From positions 124,001 through 188,000 of the forward strand of contig JAPMXV010000067.1 in assembly GCA_026936335.1 (NCBI GenBank): 64,000 bases of DNA. The letters run 5' to 3'. Below are positions 45,550-55,937 of the stretch, piece after piece. The DNA comes from Mantamonas sphyraenae STR306. Lineage: Eukaryota; Protista; CRuMs. The notes under the pieces are model-generated. The model was not told where the DNA came from, searched no databases, and worked only from the letters and a program-made list of their open reading frames with translations. The position numbers and the translations under genes are program-made. The first letter of the stretch is position 1, and every line of letters starts with the position of its first letter.

Positions 45550-48088
45550 CTAGCCTCCACCCATGCACTCCCACTCAATCCACCCACGTGCCCTGCCTCC
45601 TCCGTCTGCAGTCCCTCCACAACCTTGTCCACCACCTCCTCGCTCACATCGGCCACCCCTGCCTGTTTCGCCATCTCCTGCAGCTCACGCACAACCCACC
45701 CTGTGCTGAACAAGTCCGCCTGCTGCATCTCCTCCTTCCTTGCACGCATCCTCCCCTCCCTCAGCTCTGGTGCTGCATACTCGTCCGTCACTCGGAATCT
45801 CGACTTGCGCCCCTCCACACACTCCACACCCACGTTCTCCAAATCAATCAGCCTCACCTCTCCCTTGTGCCACACCATGTTGGCCGCCTTGATGTCCAAA
45901 TGCCACTTGCCTGCCCCGTGCAGTGCCTCCACACACTCCTTCACTCCTCTCAGCGCCTTTGACAGCGTCACCCCTTTCGGTAACCCACTGTCAACCACCT
46001 TGCACTTCGCCATCCCCACCACTCCAATCTCCACACCCCCCGCTCGTCCTCGCTCCACCACCCACGGACGCAGTGCCCACCCAGCCCCTGTGCCCTCACC
46101 CAGCTCTTTGTACGCTGCCCACTCCGCACTGTCTCCACGCATGCTCTTCCACCACACCGCCTGCCCATTCAGCCATCCCGTGCCCGTTCCGAACAGCTTC
46201 TCCTCGTACAAGAAACATGATGCTTTCTTCACCCCCACCTTCGTCAGCATCCGCATCACCTCGTCCGTCACCAGACCCTGCATGCTCTCTTCCGGTCCCT
46301 GCTCCTCCTCTCCACCATTCTTGTCACCCTCCTCCTTCTTCTTCTCCTCCACCACCTTCACCATGTCTCCCTTCCCGTTCCACTCGTACGTCCCGGAGCT
46401 TAGATTCTTGTTGTCCGCCCCTTTTCGAAGCTCTTCCATCCGCAACAACGTCTTTGTCCGCGCCTTTGCCTCCTTCTCCAGCTTCTCCACCACCCTCGAC
46501 ACAAACTGCATGTAGATCTCCTCCACCTTCAGCAGCATGTACGTCTCCTCCTCCGCCTTGTCGGTGTCCACTACTCCCTCCGAGTACCACACCTCCGTCA
46601 CTCCCGCTCCCACAGCCTCCAACTTGTACCACAGGATCACCACCACCGTCCGCGTGCCCTCGAAGTAGCGCAGGTAGATCGGAACCTCCGTGTCCGGGCA
46701 CTCCACGTGCAGCTGCAGCCACAACACCGACGCCACACCCTGTGCCAGCAACACCTCGAAATCTTGCACACGGCTCACTGGGCCCTTCCCTTCTTCCAGG
46801 GCAACCATCATCGGCACCTTTGACCCGGTCACCTCCACAGACACTTGCAGATCCGGCTTGACCACACTGAATGTGTACTGCGCCCTTCTCCCCTCCCCCT
46901 CCTGCGAATGCGCCTCACGCCTTCCCTTTGTCCACACCCCTCTCCCGCATCGGTTCTCAGCATACATCCTGCCCATTCACCCGCCTGCGTGTCAGCCTTT
47001 GTCAATTACACCCACACCTCAACCCCCCGCCGAACTTACGCCCGTACATCCCCGTCCTGAAGGTATTGCATCCCCAGCGACCCCAAGTGCGTGTGATGCA
47101 GTGCCTGGCACATCGCCTCGTCGCTACAGCGACGAGGGAGGACATCACCCTTCATCCACCGCAGCTCCTGCCCAAGGATCTTGTCATCCACTACCTCCCG
47201 CTCGTCACTTGGTCCCTCGTCACATTCCTTCCGTTTGTCCAGGTACTCTTCTGCGGCGATGGTGTCAAGGGAGATCATGTAGCAAGGAGTGCGCTGGTCC
47301 TCTCCGTTGCCGCTGCCGCCGCCGTTGCCGCTGCTGCCGCTGCTGCTGCTGCTGCTGCCTGGGGACATCCCCGCGGTCCTTTTCCATCAAACCCAAAAGA
47401 ATGGATTTCATGTCCTTCGCATGCACTTGCATACCCCCGACAGAGTGTTCACGCAACGCAACGCGCAGGGTCTCCTCCATCGTCTCAACCACCTGGTCCA
47501 TGGAACCAGGCTTGTCTTTTCTCCACTCAAAACCCACACTGATTTTCTCCACCACCTTCTCCTGTGTAAAGTCTGCTCGGTGGTGGTGCGGTGTCAGTGC
47601 CATGCCTGGGTCACCCATCAAGACGGTAGTCCACTGAGTCCAGAACCCACCCTCTTCCGCATCCTGTCCACCATCCTGACCACCGCCCTGCCCCATCCCT
47701 TCTGCACATGTGTCACCGTGTCCAAAACGTCGTTGAAAATACCCAACCCCAGTGTCAGGATTCCGTCCTGTCAAATTCGAGCAAACCCACACTCACCTTG
47801 CTTCGCGAGATGATCGCGCAGAAGCCCACTCCACGACACCGCTTGCATCCCACTCTCTTCCATGACCTGGTTCAGTGCCTCTTCCATGTCATCGCGCTCG
47901 ATGGGCGTGTCGTTGGCCCTGGCAGTGGCAGTCACGCGGACCAAGGCCGCTACGGCGACGCCATATCCGACATTCCCAATTTCGCCGCAGATCTCGAGCA
48001 GCAGCTCGCCACAATGCATGAGACCTCCCTGCATGATCGTTGCGTGCAGTGCATCCAGCTCTGCGTCGTTGTGCTCGTTTGCTGACAT
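45550..48088 (-). CDS. Header-nuclease-kinase gene, copy 4 (apparent 1-nt indels at ~45591 and ~47362)
   Basis: Same gene. Both indels lie in C/G homopolymers. Confidence 0.65.
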
Positions 48089-48608
48089 TGGTTGGTGTCG
48101 CGATTCTCCGCCTTGTTCTTGTTGTGGTGTACACCCTGGCGCACAACCCTCTTCCTCGTCAACGTCGACCATCCCCCCCCTTTGGTTCTCTTTGTCCTCC
48201 ATCTCACTCCTTGTCATCTCCCTGCGCTCACACACAGCACTGTGCGTGTGTTTCCTCCGCCCACAATCCTCCTCGTCCAACTGCTCCACCCCTGCTTGCC
48301 CCCTGTTCCTAGCACCGATTCGCGCCTGTGTCCAGCACGCCACATCCGCATTGCACGTGCAAAGCACCCTTGCGTCAGTCCCCAACCACGTCTACGCCCT
48401 AGGACGGCCGGTGAACAGAGAGCGCGCCACGTACCCGCACACCGTTCTCACACCCACACACACACCCTCCCAGCCTCCCAGCACCCCTTCCGTACACGCC
48501 CACAATCACACACCAACCTCACACCCCACACACGCTCATCCCAAACTCACATCCCACACCGCCACAGACATGTTTCGGTTTGTTCTTGGGCCGCCCCGCG
48601 CCCTCCGT

Positions 48609-49334
48609 GTTTGTGCCGGACGAGCCAATGCACGCAGGACGGTCGCTGCTGTTGACTGGCTCGCAGGACAAGAGCGTCAAGGTGTGGGATGTGGACAGCA
48701 GCCTGTGCATCAAGTCGCTGGCAGCCGGGTCGGAGGTGCACAGTGTGATGGTGATGGGCGATCGGCTTGCCGCAGGACTGGACAACTCGACAATCAAGGT
48801 GTGGGACCTGAAGACATTCCGATCGATTCGCATCCTGACGGGGCTGCATGGCCACAAGGGCTCTGTGTTTGCACTGGCAGGGTCGAAGGAGCGGCTGTTT
48901 AGCGGTTCGCGGGATCACACGGTGAACATGTACGAACGTGAGTCGCTGGAGTACCAGGCGACGCTGAGTGCTCTGCACTACGATGGAGTGAATGCGCGGT
49001 GTGTGCATGGGGATACGTACTTGTTCAGCGGGTCGCGAGACAATACGATCAAGCGGTGGACGATGGGAACGGAGGCAGGCAGTGTGGATGTGATCGAGCG
49101 AGCACACAGCAACTGGGTGACGGGACTGTGTTCGTACAACGCAGAGGATGTGGTGAGCACAGGCAAGGATGGGAGCGTGGCGCGGTGGAAAGCCCAAGAC
49201 TGCTCTCTCGTCGAGCGTTTACAGGCCACTCGGGCAGTGCCAACTGTGTGTGTGTCAACAGTGCACACGGACTGATGGTGACTGGGGGTAATGATCGCCT
49301 GGTGAAGATGTGGAAGGTGGAGACCGGATCGTGA
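48609..49334 (+). pseudogene. Kinesin WD40 3' fragment, copy D (several substitutions)
   Basis: Same sequence with substitutions (e.g. NAR for NAL, DNT for DKT) and an indel near 49220. Confidence 0.82.
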
Positions 49335-49536
49335 GGATCAAACACCGTGGCGTGTGAGTGAGTGAGTGAGTGAGTGAGTGAGTGAGTGAGTGAGTGAGTG
49401 AGTGAGTGAAGGGGAAGTGTGTGCGAATGGATCATGTTGTTTCCATTGTGCTTGTGAGCTTGCGTGCTTGTGTCTGTGTGGGCGCCTCTTTGCGGGTGCG
49501 TGTGTAGGCTGACGCACGCTCCTAGCCTCCACCCAT

Positions 49537-52059
49537 TCACTCCCACTCAATCCACCCACGTGCCCCTGCCTCCTCCGTCTGCAGTCCCTCCACAACCTTG
49601 TCCACCACCTCCTCGCTCACATCGGCCACCCCTGCCTGTTTCGCCATCTCCTGCAGCTCACGCACAACCCACCCTGTGCTGAACAAGTCCGCCTGCTGCA
49701 TCTCCTCCTTCCTTGCACGCATCCTCCCCTCCCTCAGCTCTGGTGCTGCATACTCGTCCGTCACTCGGAATCTCGACTTGCGCCCCTCCACACACTCCAC
49801 ACCCACGTTCTCCAAATCAATCAGCCTCACCTCTCCCTTGTGCCACACCATGTTGGCCGCCTTGATGTCCAAATGCCACTTGCCTGCCCCGTGCAGTGCC
49901 TCCACACACTCCTTCACTCCTCTCAGCGCCTTTGACAGCGTCACCCCTTTCGGTAACCCACTGTCAACCACCTTGCACTTCGCCATCGCCACCACTCCAA
50001 TCTCCACACCCCCCGCTCGTCCTCGCTCCACCACCCACGGACGCAGTGCCCACCCAGCCCCTGTGCCCTCACCCAGCTCTTTGTACGCTGCCCACTCCGC
50101 ACTGTCTCCACGCATGCTCTTCCACCACACCGCCTGCCCATTCAGCCATCCCGTGCCCGTTCCGAACAGCTTCTCCTCGTACAAGAAACATGATGCTTTC
50201 TTCACCCCCACCTTCGTCAGCATCCGCATCACCTCGTCCGTCACCAGACCCTGCATGCTCTCCTCCGGTCCCTGCTCCTCCTCTCCACCATTCTTGTCAC
50301 CCTCCTCCTTCTTCTTCTCCTCCACCACCTTCACCATGTCTCCCTTCCCGTTCCACTCGTACGTCCCGGAGCTTAGATTCTTGTTGTCCGCCCCTTTTCG
50401 AAGCTCTTCCATCCGCAACAACGTCTTTGTCCGCGCCTTTGCCTCCTTCTCCAGCTTCTCCACCACCCTCGACACAAACTGCATGTAGATCTCCTCCACC
50501 TTCAGCAGCATGTACGTCTCCTCCTCCGCCTTGTCGGTGTCCACTACTCCCTCCGAGTACCACACCTCCGTCACTCCCGCTCCCACAGCCTCCAACTTGT
50601 ACCACAGGATCACCACCACCGTCCGCGTGCCCTCGAAGTAGCGCAGGTAGATCGGAACCTCCGTGTCCGGGCACTCCACGTGCAGCTGCAGCCACAACAC
50701 CGACGCCACACCCTGTGCCAGCAACACCTCGAAATCTTGCACACGGCTCCCTGGGCCCTTCCCTTCTTCCAGGGCAACCATCATCGGCACCTTTGACCCG
50801 GTCACCTCCACAGACACTTGCAGATCCGGCTTGACCACACTGAATGTGTACTGCGCCCTTCTCCCCTCCCCCTCCTGCGAATGCGCCTCACGCCTTCCCT
50901 TTGTCCACACCCCTCTCCCGCATCGGTTCTCAGCATACATCCTGCCCATTCACCCGCCTGCGTGTCAGCCTTTGTCAATTACACCCACACCTCAACCCCC
51001 CGCCGAACTTACGCCCGTACATCCCCGTCCTGAAGGTATTGCATCCCCAGCGACCCCAAGTGCGTGTGATGCAGTGCCTGGTACATCGCCTCGTCGCTAC
51101 AGCGACGAGGGAGGACATCACCCTTCATCCACCGCAGCTCCTGCCCAATGATCTTGTCATCCACTACCTCCCGCTCGTCACTTGGTCCCTCGTCACATTC
51201 CTTCCGTTTGTCCAGGTACTCTTCTGCGGCGATGGTGTCAAGGGAGATCATGTAGCAAGGAGTGCGCTGGTCCTCTCCGTTGCCGCTGCCGCCGCCGTTG
51301 CCGCTGCTGCCGCTGCTGCTGCTGCTGCTGCCAGGGACATCCCCGCGGTCCTTTTCCATCAGATCCAAAAGAATGGATTTCATGTCCTTCGCATGCACTT
51401 CCATACCCTCGACAGAGTGTTCACGCAATGCATTGCGCAGGGTCTCCTCCATCGTCTCAACCACCTGGTCCATGGAACCAGGCTTGTCTTTTCTCCACTC
51501 AAAACCCACACTGATTTTCTCCACCACCTTCTCCTGTGTAAAGTCTGCTCGGTGGTGGTGCGGTGTCAGTGCCATGCCTGGGTCACCCATCAAGACGGTA
51601 GTCCACTGAGTCCAGAACCCACCCTCTTCCGCATCCTGTCCACCATCCTGACCACCGCCCTGCCCCATCCCTTCTGCACATGTGTCGCCGTGTCCAAACG
51701 TCGTTGAAAATACCCAACCCCAGTGTCAGGATTCCGTCCTGTCAATTTCGAGCAAACCCACACTCACCTTGCTTCCCGAGATGATCGCGCAGAAGCCCAC
51801 TCCACGACACCGCTTGCATCCCACTCTCTTCCATGACCTGGTTCAGTGCCTCTTCCATGTCATCGCGCTCGATGGGCGTGTCGTTGGTCCTGGCAGTGGC
51901 AGTCACGCGGCCCAAGGCGTGATGCACGGCGGCAAAACCGACATTCCCAATTTCGCCGCAGATCTCGGACAGCAGCTCGCTATTTTGCATGAGACCTCCC
52001 TGCATGATCCTTGCGTGCAGTGCATCCAGCTCTGCGTCGTTGTGCTCGTTTGCTGACAT
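49537..52059 (-). CDS. Header-nuclease-kinase gene, copy 5 (most divergent header; ends WIEWE* like the kinase-less copy)
   Basis: All three exon ORFs are open (51742-52356, 51009-51668, 49537-50949) and all motifs are intact. Confidence 0.78.
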
Positions 52060-52623
52060 TGGTTGGTGTCGCGAATCTCCGCCTTGTTCTTGTTGTGGTG
52101 CACACCCTGGCGCACAACCCTCTTCCTCGTCAACGTCGACCATCCCCCCCCTTTGGTTCTCTTTGTCCTCTATCTCACTCCTTGTCATCTCCCTGCGCTC
52201 ACACACAGCACTGTGCGTGTGTTTCCTCCGCCCACAATCCTCCTCGTCCAACTGCTCCACCCCTGCTTGCCCCCTGTTCCTAGCACCGATTCGCGCCTGT
52301 GTCCAGCACGCCACATCCGCATCGCACGTGCAAAGCACCCTTGCGTCAGTCCCCAACCACGTCTACGCCCTAGGACGGCCGGTGAACAGAGAGCGCGCCA
52401 CGTACCCGCACACCGTTCTCACACCCACACACACACCCTCCCAGCCTCCCAGCACCCCTTCCGTACACGCCCACAATCACACACCAACCTCACACCCCAC
52501 ACACGCTCATCCCAAACTCACATCCCACACCGCCACAGACATGTTTCGATTTGTTCTTGGCCCGCCCCGCGCCATACACCCACTGGATCATGCTCACATG
52601 GTCGTGGTCACTCACCAGCTGCA

Positions 52624-52878
<255 letters not shown>

Positions 52879-52928
52879 CTCATCATTGCCGACGAAAAGC
52901 GGCATGGCTTCATTTGCCAACAATCCCG

Positions 52929-55882
52929 TCACGCAAAGCTACCTCCCTCGTCTCCGTCCACGTCATCGAACGCAGACGGAAGCTTGAACTTTTTGCGCCC
53001 TGGCTGACCTCCCGCCGTTTCGTCGTCTGCATCCTCGTCAAAGTAGCGCGCAGTCTTTTCGCGGAGTGCCTCGACGCTCTGTTCGTCTTTGGCATACTCC
53101 AACACCAGATGTCGCCCGTACAAATGGGTTGCCTTCAACGCGTCAAACGCATTCTTGGCCTCCTGTTCCGTCAGAAACTCCACAAAGGCAAAGCCGCGGT
53201 GTGATTTGTCGTACTTCTTGGGCATGCGGAGCGACTTGAGCTGTCCAAATGTGTTGAACAAATCCCTCAGTTCGCTCTTGGTGGCTTCAAACGGCACGTT
53301 GCGCACAATCAGTTTGGTACCCCTGCCTCGCTTCCTGCCACTTGCCTCACCGCTGCTGCGACTGCTTCCGCCACCGCCGCCCGCGCTGCTGCTTCCACGA
53401 CTTGACATCCTCAGCTCCAGTGCATGCCCGTCCACCTTGCGTCCTTGCAATTCTCGCTGGGCCCGTTCAGCCAGCTCCCGAGAGGCAAACTCCACAAAAC
53501 CGTAGCCAGCACTCAACTTGGTGCCGTTCTTTGCCGTCTTGGAGGCAATCGTCACCGTGCGCACGGGCACCACCCGGTTGTTGAATGCCCGCTCCAGCGT
53601 CGCAGGTGTCGTTTCAAAGTTCAGATTCTTCACGTACAGCGTGGCCACGTCACCGGCACCCGCTTGCTCTTGCTCGTCGTCAGCGTCCAGCTCCAGGAAA
53701 TCAGACGCAGATGTGCCACCCTGCTGCTTGGCCTTGCGCGACCCTGCTGTGGACAAGTCTTCCGTGTCCATAGCAGCCGAGCTGACGCCGCGTTTGAGCC
53801 TCTCCTCGTAGCTGATGGAGAAGACGTCCATTGGGGCCCACTCCAGGTACAGCGGCACGTGGTGGAACTTGGTGTAGGCCAGAGATTTGAAGCCTGCCTT
53901 GGCTTCGTTGGGATGCAGGTACTCTACAATGGCCATGGCTCGCGACGGAGGCAGCAGCACGCGTCCCAGGCTGCCAAACTTGCCAAACAGCTCATGAAGC
54001 TCGTCCGTGCTCGTGTCGTACGGCAAGTTCTTGACGAGAAGCACGGTCTTGCTGCGTTTCTGGCGCACGCGAGTGCTCTGTCCGCCCGACGCCTCAAAGG
54101 CCTGCAGGGACACGCCCTCGTCCTCGAGAAAGGCCTTTGTCTGCGCCACCACGTTTGCCTCGCCAAGGGCCAGACGCACGGCCATGGAGCCTTCATCCTC
54201 GGCGTTGAGGATGTCCGACTTGTTCACTTGCATGTCGTTGGCCATCGAGTCGGCCACGGTGTCAGCACGCACAAACAGCGTGCTCCAGTTGTGCTGTTTG
54301 CCGGCCTCCTCTCTGCGCTGCTTGTCCTTTTTGATTTTGAACGCACTCATGCCACCTTGGCCCCGGTAGTAGAATGAGTCGTCCTCCTCGTTCTGTCGCA
54401 TGCGCTTGGCAGGCAGCACGTGCATCAGCCGTCCCTGAAAGATGCTTCCGTCCAGTGCGTTCTTTGCCACCGCTGCGCTCTTGCTGCTGGCATACTGCAC
54501 AAACGCAATGCCCTTACCCTGCTTGCTGTCCTTGTCCACCGGCACGTGCACCTCCACCACCTCGCCATACTTGCTAAACACAGGCTCCAGCTCTTCCTCG
54601 GACACCGTATAGCCCAGGTTGCGCACAAACAGCCTCGACTTGTCCAGCTCCGTCTCATCCACGGGATTCCTCTCCCATGGCTTCAATTCTGCCTCTTCCT
54701 CCTCATCCCCTTCCCCCTCCTCTTGGGCTCCGTCTTCTTGCTCCTCCTCCTCCTCATCTTCTGCCTCCTCTTCCTCTTCCTCTCCGTCTTCCTCCTCCCC
54801 TTCCTCTTCTCCCTCCCCTTCCGCATCCTCCTCACCATCATCTCCATCCTCTTCGCCATCGTTTGCCACATTCTGCGTGACCTTGGAACGGAGAAACTCC
54901 ATGGCGCTCATGCCGCTCAACGACGCCACCTTGTCCGCCTGCTCCTCTTCGTCCAAATCACCTGCTTTGGATGCCATTTTCGGTTCGTTGTCATCTTTCT
55001 GTGCGGCGTCCTCGTATTCTTCGTCACTGTCATCGTCCACGTGTTCCTCCCCCTCCTCCTCCTCCTCCTCCTCCGAATCACTATCCCCAAACGTGGTGTG
55101 TGCCCTGGCCATGGTCATCCCCTCGCCACCTCTCCGTCGGTTTGCTACCTGGGCAACCTTGACTTTGGCGTTGGAAAGCAGGTCGACTGCCTTCTTCTTG
55201 CGCTGCTGCCGTTTGGTGTTGTGCTGGTTTGCGTCGTCGTCCTGCCACAGCCTCCTGCTTGAGTTGGCCGGCTCCATCAGCTCCAGAAACTCCTCCAGCT
55301 TGTCGTCCTCGTCCACACGTTGCAGCTTGTCCACCACCTCCTGTTGCTTCTCCAGCAACTGCTGCGCTTCCGCCGCCCGCGAGCTGCCAGCCTCGGCCCC
55401 TTTCTTGCCAGCCGCCATCTCCACCTCGTACTCTTCCTCGTGCAGCTTCTTGTGCTGCGACGACCCATGCGAGTACTTGGACCATGGACGTGCCAGCTTT
55501 TGGCTTCCCCTCTGTAAGTGAGTGAGTGAGTGTGAGTGTGTGTGCACACGCGTGCGTGTGTGTGCTGCCCTTCAGCGGACTTGTGCATGCTCGGGAAAAA
55601 TCCGCAGGCGTCCGCAGCCGGGCCTCCAACTCCACGTACAGGAAGTGCAGCCTCCACGGTGATCTTGGATGTGTCGATGTATGTGTTATTAAAGTACTCC
55701 AGCGCCTCCTTGGCCTGTTTAGGTGTCTTGTAGCCCACAAAGCCGAAGCGCCTGCTGACCCCGTCGTCTCGGCGCACAATCCGCACGTCCGTCACCTCGC
55801 CCGACCGGCTAAAGTGCTCCCGGAACCGGTCCTCCTTCAAATGTTTGGGGATGTTCTTTACACAAATGCGGCTGCTTTCCAT
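52929..55882 (-). CDS. RBM19: Multiple-RRM pre-rRNA processing protein MRD1/RBM19; intron 55512-55639
   Basis: N-terminal RRM SRICVKNIP..RRFGFVGY..YFNNTYIDTSKI, RPWSKYS, NWSTLF and SMAVRLALGE. Further RRMs RLFVRNL, LLVKNLP, LYVKNLNF and KLIVRNVPFEA, plus HLYGRHLVLEYA. Confidence 0.94.
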
Positions 55883-55937
55883 CAGCCCTGTGCACTTTGT
55901 CTGCGTGGGGGGAAATTGCTTTGGATCGGCCGCCGAT

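Larger units (their letters stand above)
33320..52573. repeat. Tandem array of five ~3975-bp units (kinesin WD40 tail + (GAGT)n + header-nuclease-kinase gene + ~440-bp upstream flank)
   Basis: Equivalent ORF starts at 35051, 39026, 43001, 46976 and 50949 (periods 3975, 3975, 3975, 3973). Units are near-identical. The last unit ends at ..CCCCGCGCC (52573). Confidence 0.96.

Noticed and set aside
45069-46976. 635-aa kinase ORF extending through the microsatellite into antisense WD40 sequence
   Set aside because: Caused by one missing C in a homopolymer near 45591 that skips the normal stop. Not a credible fusion protein.
41576-48088. Calling array copies 3 and 4 definite pseudogenes or programmed frameshifts
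   Set aside because: The indels are single bases in C/G runs inside a hard-to-polish repeat. They cannot be told from long-read errors without reads.
33320-52573. Array unit as an autonomous transposon, Helitron or endogenous virus
   Set aside because: I saw no transposase, RT, Rep/helicase, capsid, TIR/LTR or TSD. The unit contains host kinesin sequence and spliceosomal introns. Mobility through the nuclease is not excluded but is unsupported.
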